Translations under genes and position numbers: made by a program
Source of the DNA: Octopus vulgaris
Lineage: Eukaryota
Direction of reading: 5' to 3'
Assembly (NCBI GenBank): GCA_951406725.2
Contig: OX597828.1
Location: 33,728,001-33,792,000 of the forward strand
DNA length: 64,000 bases
Notes under the pieces: model-generated
Seen by the model: the letters and a program-made list of their open reading frames with translations, nothing else
Database searches by the model: none
What the model was told of the DNA's origin: nothing
Part shown: positions 52,003 to 64,000 of the stretch, in pieces
How the letters are laid out: each line of letters opens with the position of its first letter
Position numbering within the stretch: the stretch's first letter is position 1

Positions 52003-53237
52003 TGTCCTTGTGTGTCTATGTGTCTGTTTGTGTTTGTGTCCATGTGTGTGTGTGTGTATCGTGTTTTACAAAATTGGAAATCTTGACAAAATAGACAAAT
52101 ATTAAAATGTGACATTATATACAATGCTGCTTTTAACCTCTACAAGCATCAAAACATTCCATCAGGTTACTTATATCTACTACATATTGGTGGTGGTGGT
52201 GGTGGTGGTGGTGTATTATTAATATTAGTATTAGTAGTAATAATTGCTGTTGCTATTGTTGTTGTTGTTGCTAGTGTAAACAATTTTATGGAATGGAATA
52301 GAATATAGATGAAATATTAAAATGTCAGAATTTACAAAGCTGATCTGATTTTTAACCACCACCACCACCATCTCCTCCTCCTCCTCTGCTATCGTCGCCA
52401 CCACCACACCAATAGCACTGTCACCACCACGACCACCACCAACACTGCTACCATCACCACCGCCACCAACACCACCGGCATCACCACCACAACCATTACT
52501 ATGATAGGCAAGGAAAAAGAGGCAGTTGTGGTGGTGGTTGTTGTTTTAGGTGGTGGTGGTGGTGGTGGTGGTGATAGTGGTGGTTTTGGTGGTGGTGGTG
52601 GTGGTGATAGTGGTGGTTTTGGTGGTTGTGGTGGTGGTGGTGGTGATGGTGGTGGTGGTAGCGCACGGAAGTGTTGGCTTTTGTTATTTCTGTGGTTGTA
52701 ATCAATTTTAAGAAATAGAATCTTTTACTTGTTTCGGGCATTCGACTACGCCCACGCTGGAGCACTGCTTTGAATGCACTTTTAGTCAAACAAATCGACC
52801 ACAGTGCTTTATTTTTTCATTGTTTTTTTTTTTTTAAGCCTGATACTTTTTCTCTCAGTTTCTTTTGCCAAACTGCTAAGTTATAACGGATATAAACAAA
52901 TCAACACCAACTGCCAAGCTGTGGTGAGAGACAAACACAGACATGTGATGGGCTTCTTTCAGTTTCCATCTACCAAATCCACCCACAAGGCTTTGGTCAT
53001 CCCAAGGCTATAGTAAAAGACTTTTACCCAAAGTGCCATGCAGTGGGACTGAACCTGGAACCTGGTTGGGAAGCAAATTCCTCACCACACAGAACTCTGT
53101 GTGAATGCGTGTGTGTGCCTGCATGTGTATCAGTGTGCATATATTAGTGTGTGTGTGTGTTTGTGTGTATATCAGTGTGTGTGTATATATCAGTATGTGC
53201 ATGTATGTGTTTGTGCATATATTAGTGTGATTAGTGA

Positions 53238-53275
<38 letters not shown>

Positions 53276-53719
53276 TAGTGAGACAAGCAATTAGACATTG
53301 TAGTTTTCTAGTAGTAGTAATAGTAGTAGTTAGTTGTAACGGTTGTTGTTGTTGTTGTAGTTGTTAGTATTGCCTTCAGTGTTGTTAGCATAGTTATAAG
53401 TATTGTTCCTATTAGTATTATCATTTTTGTTGATGTCTTTTAGCAACATGGCTGCTGTTAGAATTACTGGTACCATTAGTACTGAAGGACAGCCATAAGC
53501 TGGCAGAACCATTAGCAACGGCAGACAAAATGTTCAGTGGCATTTCGTCCATCTTTATGATTTTGAGTTCAAATGCCACCGAAGTATCCTACACCAGTTT
53601 CGCATAACCAGCCCCAGCCCATTCAAAAGTCCCTTGGTTTCGTAGGGTGACCTGCTGTGCTTGAGGAAACCTATCGAGTCAAGTACATCAACATTTTGTA
53701 CATATTGTACAATTTCTCC

Positions 53720-53765
<46 letters not shown>

Positions 53766-53826
53766 ACGGGCTTCTTTCAGTTTCCGTCTACCAAATCCAC
53801 AAGGCTTTGGTTGGCCCAAGGCTATA

Positions 53827-53875
<49 letters not shown>

Positions 53876-54588
53876 AAAATTTGACAAGTTAAGATTGTGT
53901 ATGTCTAGACTTCTGGGGCAGATTTTTTATTTTAGCTTATTTCATGTATAATACAAAATAATAAAGATTATTGAATCGGGAAATGCAGGGGAACCGGGTG
54001 GAATAAGGTCCAGAGCATTGATGAGCAGTTTAGTGCTGTATCATGTTGTTTGGTGCAGAGGGTAGTGTAGAATGATCTAGACCTTTTCAGGTTCAAAACT
54101 GAATAATCTCAGAACAAATAAAAATAATATTATAACAAACTAAAATAATCTCAGGGCAAATTATATAGTAGATGTTTAGATAAAACATGTCTTATAAATG
54201 AAGGCACATGGTTAAGGTGCTGCAGTCACAGTTACTAGATTGTGGTTTCAATTCCCAGACAGGGCAGTGTGTTGTGTTCTTGAGCAAAACACTTCACTTT
54301 TACATTGTTCCAGTCTTCCTCTCAGGGAGGGAATGCTTGCCTGCTCGCCTTGCCAGTGGTGTGGCGTCATTCAAAGGCTAAAACAGTATAAAGTGCATTG
54401 TGACCAGCAATGTGTAACAACACCAGATAGTCTTGTGAGTCATGTAGTCGTATAATGACTCATAAAATAATCTCATAACTAATTAAAACAATCTTAAAAG
54501 AAGTTAAAATAAACTCAGAACAAATTAAATCTGTTTTGCAAATTAGTACCATCAACCATTACCAATGATGATGATGATGATGATGATA

Positions 54589-54633
<45 letters not shown>

Positions 54634-56591
54634 CATATTTCAGTTAATTTTATTTAACAAGCTATAAATTACAGTTAAATTCTGACTGGCAACATTTCTT
54701 GAACAATTATCAAAACATCTTACACAGGTTTACAGGATTCATCTGTTTTAGAAATAGAAAACTGTTATTCAAATTCTAAATACTAGCTTCAATGGTACTA
54801 TTTAATTTGAAAAAAAAAAGATATAATTTGCTCTGAGTTTATTTAAATTTCTTTCAAGGTTATTTAATTGCTTTTGAGATTATTTAAATATTTAGATGAA
54901 ACACATCTAAGATTTCACTTGTTTCATTCATTTCAAATCTGAATTCATTTCATCATTTGAATTAGGTTTAGAATATCACATTTACTGATGGACAACTGAA
55001 GTCACTCTCAAAAAAGACAAAGCTACATCATCATTATCATCATAACCATCATCATCATCTGGTCAAGTAACATGCCCAAACCAATAAGTTACAGTAGTCT
55101 TTCAATGGCTTAATGTCCCATGTCTGTACACTATGACTACTACACCATCATCATCATCATCATCATCATCAAGTGTTTTAAATCCAGATTTTGTCATCGC
55201 TTACGGGGTTGACCAGATCTACCTATTTCTTTATTACCCACAAGGAAGGCAAAGTAGACCTCGGCGGAATTTGAACTCACAACGTAACGCAGACGAAATA
55301 CCGCTAAGCATTTCGCCCAGCATGCTAACGTTTCTGCCAGCTCGCCGCCTCAACGCCATAGCAACCGAGGTAGGCAGGTGCAGCCCACCCCAAACTTTGG
55401 GCTGGGTGGTGCCCATTCTCCTTTGCTATCATGAGGCTGTTTTGGAGCTGAATTTTCTATGGGGAGCATGCACTTGCTATCCCCAACCTCAGTTTCTAGA
55501 CATGAATCTACAGATGATAGTAATTTGCTAACTGAACTGGTTGATCTTCACCATTGGCAGTTTGTTGACTATTCATCTGCTCAGCTTTCAGTGGTGGTCA
55601 CCACTGACTCAAATAGTTCAACTGCCGAAACAGGTCACATCCACCATGCAGCATCCTATGATTTCAGAGTAACCTTGGCATAGGCAGTTACTGGCTGCAA
55701 GGCCTTGCTAAAGGGGCACCCATGATATGGTTAAGGATTCTTTATTTCCATATTCACAGATGACCCTTATTTACATGCTAATTGACCCATAGCTGGGACC
55801 CAGACATGTGCTACTATTCAGGGGTCAGAGTAGACCGGGGAACAAGAAGTAGCTAAGAAGTGATTTCACACTCCTTTAAAACCCTGGAACTCCCAAACCA
55901 GGCACCACCACCCCCATTACCCAGATGCAGTTTATAGTCATACTCAGGAGACAGGAAAACAAGCAAGAGCTGCACAAGAAGTCATTAACTGAAATGCATA
56001 TGCAGGAAGTGTCTCTCACTGCACAGGGTGATTGAGAATCCATTGCTGCAGAACAGGGTGTTAAGAAGACAACAGCATATAACTGGGTGTGCAGCAATTG
56101 TGCATCCCATTTGCAATGCAGAGGTGACAGTAGAGATATCCATGACAAAATCTAAAAAAGTCAGAACATGAATATATTGGATCACTTCATCATCATCATC
56201 ATCATTTAGCGTCTGTTCTCCATGCTGGTATGGGGTTAAATGGTTTGACAGGGACTGGTAAGCTGGAGTGCTGCATCAGGTTCCAAGTCCAATTTCGGCT
56301 TGGTTTCTACAAGAGTGTAGCAGGTGCCTTTTATGTGTCGCTAGCACCAGCCAAAACTTGGCTTGACAAGTCTTCTCAAATCACCAAAAGTCACGACCAC
56401 TTGTCATCACCTCCATATAACACCCATTATTCGAAGATCATGCTTCACCACCTCACCAAGCATGATCTGGCAGATGTTGGGTCTCACTTAATTACAACTA
56501 TTCGTTTAACTACTCAATAGCTTTGAAAAATCTTTGTGATAATTTACATTCAAGGCATATCGATTGACTGTGGCCCAATAAACTACAGCAA

Positions 56592-57440
56592 TTATTTACA
56601 TTATTTACATTTGATGGGTATATGTCCTCATCATATTCGGCTGATATACCCTCTAGCCTTCATCAGGTGTCTTGGGGAAATTTTGGTATTTTTCGATGTT
56701 GTTATTATTATTATTATTACTATTATTATTATTATTATTCAGGTAATTGAACCCAGAATCTTGGGCTTAGTAGCCCATGCTCTTAACCACTATGCCATTT
56801 GCCCATGGGCAATTATGGAATGAATTTTAGGGCTTATAAATCTAATATTTTCCTATCCTTCCTTAATACCAGTTCCCATATGCTACTCATATCTGCACTC
56901 GGTCTGCTGAGGAGGTTGTTGTGTCCTAGCATATACACTGCTTCTTTTAGTTTTTATATTTTCCAGTGGTGTTCTCTGTCTATTATTTTAACTTCATCCC
57001 ACAGGGGGAGGTGGTCTCCATATTTCCATACATTATCAGCTATACCCAATTTATCAATGTCTCCTCATATCACAGCTTTGCGATGTTCCTCTACCCTTAT
57101 TTTGAGGGAACGGCATGTTTCGCCTTTGGGCTTAGTACAACTGCATGGGATGGAGTACATGAGTCTTTGGTCATATTCTCTTCTATTGGTGGTTTTACTC
57201 AAAGGAGATATTTGTGAAGTGTTGTATTAGTTAGTTAGTTAGTTAGTTAGTTAATTTGGCTCAAAAGCAAATAGCAAGGCCCTTGAATACTATCCTAATA
57301 TCATATAGGCTGCATATCTTTTGTATCTTTATGGAGAGGCCTTTCACAGAGGGTATATCAGCCGAAACATTGTGTTAACAACAAACAAGATGAGGACAAA
57401 TATCCATCAAATAATTCCTCATCTCTTAAATATAGAACTG
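56592..57440 (-). mobile_element. 5'-truncated Penelope-like element (GIY-YIG relic, terminal repeat, inverted 5' repeat) with a 13-bp TSD
   Basis: Minus strand 57347-56834: VKGLSIKIQKICSLYDIRIVFK../TTLHKYLL*VKPPIEENMTKD/MYSIPCSCTKPKGETCRSLKIRVEEHRKAV..GDHLPLWDEVKIIDREHHWKI*KLKEA..DL*. It runs directly into the tRNA+hammerhead repeat (56803-56592). Inverted repeat piece at 57347-57440. TSD taaactacagcaa at 56579-56591 and 57441-57453. Confidence 0.85.
57227..57281 (-). mobile_element. Extremely 5'-truncated CR1 tail inserted in the Penelope ORF
   Basis: ggccttgctatttgcttttgagccaaatt(aact)n matches the CR1 3' end at 1687-1733. Confidence 0.75.
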
Positions 57441-58265
57441 TAAACTACAGCAAGTCATCTTCATAGTGGAAATGATAGTAAAGGTGCTACTATATACAAC
57501 AACAGTAACAGAGAGGTTTTATATTTCCAAAACAGAGGATTCCTATAAATCCATAAAAGACGCTTTGATAAATTTCCAAGAAATGTTGCCAGTTGAGATT
57601 AAACTGTAATTTATAACTCATTTAATAAATATATAAATAATAAATAAATGATGCAATAAATAAATAAAGTCAATTTGATGATACTATTTAATTAGAAAAG
57701 GATTTAATTTGCTCCGAGTTTATTTTAATTTCTTCCAAGGTTATTCTGATTAGTTTTGAGATTATTTTAATTAGTTTTGAGGTTATTTTAATTAATTTCT
57801 AGGTTATTTTAGTTTGCTCTTTGTCTATTTTAATTTGTTTCAAGTTTAATTTGCTTAATCATCATCACCGTTATTGTTTTACTGTCAACTTTTCGTGTTT
57901 GCATGGGTTGGAGGGAATTTGTTGGTGCAAACTATGTTGAAGAGAGTGAGGGTTAGCGACAGGAAAGGCCCCCACCACCTCTCATGTGTTTGCAAGCAAG
58001 ATATTATTCCTCCTTGGCTGGACATGTTAATACAGAAGAATGGAAACAAACAACACCATTCGTATGATGGAGACACTCATTTACAATTATTATGTGATGC
58101 CAATTGAAAGAGACACAAACACATATATACTTATATATATATATAATATATATATACACACACACACACATACATACATATATATACATATATATATACA
58201 TATATATACACACATATATATGCACATATATATACACATATATATATATATACACATATATATAT

Positions 58266-58306
<41 letters not shown>

Positions 58307-59362
58307 TATGCACATATATATATATATCACTACACTCATGGAGTGGTTGGCATTAGGAAGGGCATCCAGCTGTAGAAACACAGATCAGACTGGAGCCTGG
58401 TGCAGCTTCCTGGCTTCCCAGACGCCGGTCGAGCCATCCAACCCATGCTAGCAAGGAAAACGGACGTTTAACAACGATGGTGATTATATGATGATGATTA
58501 TATACACACACACACACACACATATACATACATATATACACACACATATATATACACATACATATATACACACATATATATGCACGCACATATATACATA
58601 TATCCACACACATATATATAAACACACATATTTTTACACTCACATATATATATGTATGTACATATACATATGGACACATATATACATATGTATATACATA
58701 AAATATAAAGAAAGAGAAGATGTATGAGATGAATATGCTTATTTATTTCATCAGTTGATATCCATATGATTACGATCGGTCTGCAGCCATCATCATAGAA
58801 AAATAATCTATTTTAGTGTATAATAAATCATATTATATGTCTGTATTAGCATACATGTTATAAATTATAAAGTACTATTTCACAATTTATAAGGTAATGC
58901 TGGTACAGAAAGCTTGCTCTTCAGATCAAAGAACATTATGGTTACATCCATGCATCAAATCAATATTTACATACAAAAGCAGAAGGACATCTTTGAAATT
59001 ATGATGTAAACATAAACAAACCAACACCTGTTGTCAAACAATGGTTGGGAACCAAGCACAAACATACATACATAAATACATAAATATATATGTATGATGG
59101 GCTTCTTTCAGTTTCCTTCTACCAAATCCACTCACTAGACTTTGGTCAAGTGAGAGCTACAGTAGAAGATCCTTGCAGTTGGGAAGCAAGCTTCTTACCG
59201 CAAAGCAAGCTTCTTACCACACAGCCACAAAGTATTAAAGCACAGTCAAGTGCATTGTAGAATGACTTTGTGCACAACAAAGTTTAATCTAGAGTAATGC
59301 AGTGCATCAGTCTTGTAGTATAAAGAATAGTATTGCAGACAATAGGTACAATGTAATGTGGC

Positions 59363-60642
59363 TTAACCGTTTCGGCCCAGCTGGTACATATTCATACCAG
59401 TCAAAAATTTTACAACCCTAATCTTTAAAATTCCCATTCTATGTGATGCAGTATAGTACCGCTCCGGTTTCTTTCTGGTAAGTATGTAGTGCCAGACACA
59501 TGATCGGAGTGTATGACATTATAATGACAGCTCAAAAGGCTCGCATACATACAAATCCCCCGTCATTCCCGATTGTTTTTAAGTGTTTATTATTGGTTTT
59601 CATGCTTTGGTAAGTTATTCATAACATTTTCTTCACCACAAACGTATCTATTTAATCATAAACATATTACTTTTTATTTACTCTTTTACTTATTTCAGTC
59701 ATTTGACTGTGGCCATGCTGGAGCACCACCTTTAGTCAAGCAAATCGACCCCAGGACTTATTCTTTCTAAGCCTAGTACTTATTCTATCGGTCTCTTTTG
59801 CTGAACGGTTAAGTTACGGGGACATAAACACACCAGCACCAGTTGTCAAGTGATGTTGGGGGACAAACACAGATACACAAACTTATACACACACATGCAT
59901 ATATATAATATACATATATACGATAGGCTTCTTTCAGTTTCCGTTCATCAAATCCACTCACAAGGCTTTAGTCGGCCCGAGGCTAGAGTAAAAGACACTT
60001 GCCCAAGGTGCTACACAGTGGGACTGAACTCAGAACCATGTTGTTGGTAAGCAAGCTACTTACCACACAGCCACTTCTGTGCCTATTGTGTATAATTTAT
60101 AAGAATTAGATAATAATATTCTTGCAACAATGTTGCAATACATATTTCTAAAAGTAGATAATTTTGAGTGGTACACACCTGTACCATTGTGGTTTTGTAT
60201 AGGTACATACTTGTACCATTGTAATTTGTTGTATGGCTAAGATTGTACTAGTTGGTCGTGTTATAAAACTGTTCTATAGAGAAACTTCTTTTTGTAATCA
60301 ATCAAATGTACATGTACAATTTTTCAATCAATCTTTGTATTACTCCCTAATATTTGAAATTTTCATTTTTTCTTTTTGGTTTTTTTTTTTTGGTTTTTTT
60401 GCAAGATTCACTGCAGTATTTTGATACAACTGGTAAAAACATGGTACTTCATCTAAATACAATGGTACATGCAGGGTAGATTAGAAAACCCAAATGGTAC
60501 AAATATTTACCAAACTAAAAGCAGTGTCTACATAATTGGCACCGTCATAAACCATCTAATAAGCATCTATACTATAAAGTTTTACCAAAATTTTAGTGAT
60601 GCATGCAAATCTTGAGAAAATATTCCGGGTTGAAAAGGTTAA
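59363..60642. mobile_element. piggyBac-like non-autonomous element, interrupted by SINE A (59677-60085)
   Basis: TTAA|ccgtttcggccc ... gggttgaaaagg|TTAA imperfect TIRs. Internal GGTACA-N3-TGTACC palindromes. Confidence 0.55.
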
Positions 60643-60653
60643 GCCTTTAACAC

Positions 60654-61081
60654 TTAACCCTTTCAATACCAACCCTGCTAAAACCACCTCAGGCTCTGTT
60701 GTACAAATGTCTTGTTTTCATAGTCACAATTTATGTTCCTAACACTAGCTTAATGATAACCAAGTTATTTTACTAAATTCTTAGTTATATTTAAAATTAA
60801 TTGAAAAAAACACAGAGAATTTCAACAGAAATATAGTAACAAAAGGGTTAACAAATGGATAATTTAACCCTTTCAATACCAATCCAGCTGAAACCGCCTC
60901 TGGCTCATCAGTACAAATGTCTTGTTTTCATAAGTTCTGACTTAAAATCTTAGTCACAATTTATGTTCCTAACACTAGTTTAATGATAACTAAGTTACTT
61001 TACTAAATTCTTTGTTATATTTAAAATTAATTGAAAAAAACACAGAGCATCTCAACAGAAATATGGTAACAAAAGGGTTAA
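60654..61081. mobile_element. Two tandem TTAA-flanked MITEs (about 200-220 bp), piggyBac-type ends
   Basis: Each unit runs TTAA-CCCTTT..TACC ... GTAACAAAAGGG-TTAA (60654-60851 and 60864-61081). Related copies at about 8060-8302 and 45112-45337. Confidence 0.7.
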
Positions 61082-61289
61082 ACCAGTCACATCCAGCCTA
61101 GATATTCCACCCTGTTTTTATGTTCAGACTGGCCAGATCCAGCTTCTCACACTTGCCCTACAATGCCATTCTAAAAATAATCACCACATTTTCAGAATCT
61201 CAAAGCTACGAGATAATGCATGATTCATTCAGAACAATATGAAGAGATTATTCTGTGAAATGTTTGACTGAGTAATCTGAGTGCTAAAG

Positions 61290-61610
61290 GAATGTGGCTT
61301 AGTAGTTAGGTTATTCAGCTCACAATTGGAAGATTGTGAGTTCAATACCCGACAGCGTATTGTGTCCTTAAGCAAGGCACTTAATTTCTCATTGCTCCAG
61401 TCCACTCCACTGGCAAAAATGCGCAGTACCTGTATTTCAAAGGGGCCAGCCTTGTCACACCTTGTGTCATGCTGAATTACCCAGAGAACTACGTAAAGGG
61501 TACACATGTCTGTGGAGTACTCAGCCACTTGCATGTTAATGTCACGAGCAGGCTGTTCCATTGATCGGATCAACTGGAACCCTCGTCGTCATCATAGCCA
61601 ACGGAGTTCC
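61290..61610 (+). mobile_element. SINE sharing the 3' half of family C but with a different head (also 10878-11190)
   Basis: tRNA-like head and ccttaagcaaggcactt segment, then gtacctgtatttcaaaggg...gatcggatcaactggaaccctcgtcg as in family C. Confidence 0.7.
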
Positions 61611-62333
61611 AGAAGTGTGTTGGAGTGAAGCCTGGTATAATACAGAATAGTGTTGTATAACGTTGTAGCGTGGTTTAGTAGTGGAACGGAGTGCAACGTA
61701 AGTGTAGCGCTGTTTTAGTGCCGTTTAGTGTCACAGAAGTGTAGGTCAGATGAAACATCAGATCTCTGCTGCATTTGATTCAGCGATTGTTACTTCTGAA
61801 ACAGAGCACTATGCTTAAATAAAAAGCTGTTGCAGAGATAAATTACTACAACAACTGCTGCTGCTACTACTACTACTACAACTAGGAGGTGATGGTTGTA
61901 TAGCCAATGGTGGTGGTGGTGGTGGTGGTGGTGGTGCACGGTAGTTTTAGTGGTTAAAAACTAGTGTTGGTTTTAAGTAGAGCTAAGAGTGTGGAAAACA
62001 CAATCAGGATAATGGTGCATTTAAAAAGGATGGGAGAGACAGTGGGAGGGAAGCGATGGGAGCAGGTGTGGGGGGGGAGGAAGAAGTGTGTATAAACAGG
62101 AGATAAAGTAAAAGAATTTATGAGTAATTGGCTCAGCAGCTTTCTTTAGTTTTAAGTGCAGTCAAAAGCCAAACAACAACAACAACAACGACAACAACAA
62201 AAATAGCATGGTTCATAGGAGATATTGAATCTTACCATTTACATCTTGTCGCTTTTGCAACATTAGAATTTAAAGTATCAGAACATTTTTCCATAGCTAT
62301 ATTAAGCTGTTTCCTTTCACACACGAAACAGAA

Positions 62334-62364
<31 letters not shown>

Positions 62365-62382
62365 CATACATACGTACGTACG

Positions 62383-62417
<35 letters not shown>

Positions 62418-63818
62418 AAGTGTGTGTGTGTGTGTGTGTGTGTGTATAGGTGAAAACAAAGAAAGGGGAAGAATCACTATAGCAGAAGTACAGTTCCAGT
62501 TTTTCTTTCAAAAATGACTGGCAAGTTAAAAATGGCTGGATCTCCGGAGTTGGGGGGAGGAGCGGGGTAGATGGATGAGTGGGTCGATGATGGAAGGATG
62601 GGTGGATGGATAGGTAAAGGGATGGATGGATGGGCAGGTAGATAAGTGAGTGGGTGGACGGAGAGCTGGATGGGGAGAGTCGGTAACTGCGTGGGTAGAT
62701 GGGTGGGTGAGGAAAGAAAAGATAGAAGGGGATTGATCGGTTTGATGGATGGAATTTTTGATGCATAGATAGCAAGATGGGTAGGTAACCAGGTGGATAG
62801 AGTGGTGGATAAGAGGACGAATGGGTGGGTGGATGGATGGATGGGGAGGAAAGGTTAGAGGGTTGGTTGATTCGATGGGCAGACAGACAGACAGGCAGAC
62901 TTATAGATGGATGGACAGACAGACAGACGGAGGATTAGATGAATGACTAACGGGATGAATCACTGCCTAGATGGTTTGATTGATGGGCAGATAAAAAAAT
63001 GGCTGACAGTCTGTCTGTCTGTCTGTCTGTCAGTCAGTCTGAGTGGGTGAGTGGAAGGATGGATGGATGGATGGATAGGTGAATGGGTGGCTCACCAGGT
63101 GGGTGGCTGGATGGATGGATGTGAAGATGGATGGATGGGCGAGGGAAGAGAGGAGGAGATAGAGGGCTGATTGGTTACATAGAAAGAGAATGTGAGAGAG
63201 TGAGAGAGAGAGTGAGAGAGTGAGAGAGAGTGAGAGAGTGAGAGAGAGTGTGTGTGAGAGAGAGAGTGTGAGAGATGGATGGACTGACAGACAGACAGAT
63301 TGATGGATAAGTGAGTAGCTGAATGAATCACTGGATAAATGATTTGATTGATAGATGGATAAATGGATGTTTGTATATCTGTCTGTCCGTCCATCCATTC
63401 ATCTGGATGGATGGAGGGCCAAGATGAATGGCTGGTTGGAAAAATGGCCGAGCTAGTTTACAAAACCAGTGCATCACATTGGAGAGATTTCATCCGTTTA
63501 TCATTTACATTGATTCAATTTTGTACATGAACAACATTTACAATTTAAATTTAGATATGAAATAATCTCACAATCAGATCAATATATTTAAGTGTTTTAG
63601 CGTAGAAAATTCAATCAAATAATGACAGTCAGTTAGCACTGTGGAAACCTTAGCGTGACCTCGCTGTGACCCGTGCTTTTTCAAAATGCTCTCAGAACAC
63701 CTAAAGTGATTCTAAAAGAAAAAGGACATTTTTCTCTACGTGTGTGTGTTGCTCCGGAGGTCACTGGAGATTTTCTGATCACTTCTGAAGGAAACAATAA
63801 CTATGGCTACCACTGTTG

Positions 63819-63862
<44 letters not shown>

Positions 63863-64000
63863 GTTATTACAAGCTCTTTTCTTGCTCCTCCTCCTTCTCC
63901 ACCTTCTTTCTTTGCTCCTCTCACAGCCCCTTGACAGCTATAGCTGTTACATGGTTTAAAAGGCTTTCAGTGGAAAGTGGAAAAGAAAACTCAAATGACT

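Noticed and set aside
55950-56160. Cys-rich minus-strand ORFs; plus-strand D*ESIAAEQGVKKTTAYNWV HTH-like stretch
   Set aside because: Not a convincing exon. At most a very decayed transposase HTH, too weak to annotate.

Overview
AT-rich, repeat-dense animal genomic DNA. The SINE families and microsatellite load look like a coleoid cephalopod (Octopus-like), recognised by eye and not by search. Most long ORFs in the track are artefacts of (TA)n/(CA)n/(TATG)n/(GGT)n repeats. The window appears to be mostly intronic sequence of a minus-strand gene. Two phase-compatible exons (27088-27293 and 9008-9100, about 18 kb apart) splice to '...LLWRGTTDCMLEVFD...VFSYNYPG|STVVRWNVHTHLQESTLDC...', which resembles the C-terminal WD40 region of invertebrate LRRK/Roco kinases. 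The introns hold several tRNA-derived SINE families; RTE, CR1 and R4/Dong LINE fragments; mariner/Tc1, hAT and piggyBac-type relics; a Helitron relic with STPR-like repeats; minisatellites; and several long hairpins. The most notable observation is a Penelope-like element (GIY-YIG relic, 13-bp TSD, inverted 5' terminal repeat). Its terminal repeat combines a tRNA-like Pol III promoter with a minimal hammerhead-ribozyme motif, and the same tRNA+hammerhead unit occurs as ORF-less copies elsewhere in the window. At least two more unrelated hammerhead-like motifs sit in (TA)n-embedded repeats. Repeat boundaries are approximate; all homology calls are by manual translation and motif recognition.
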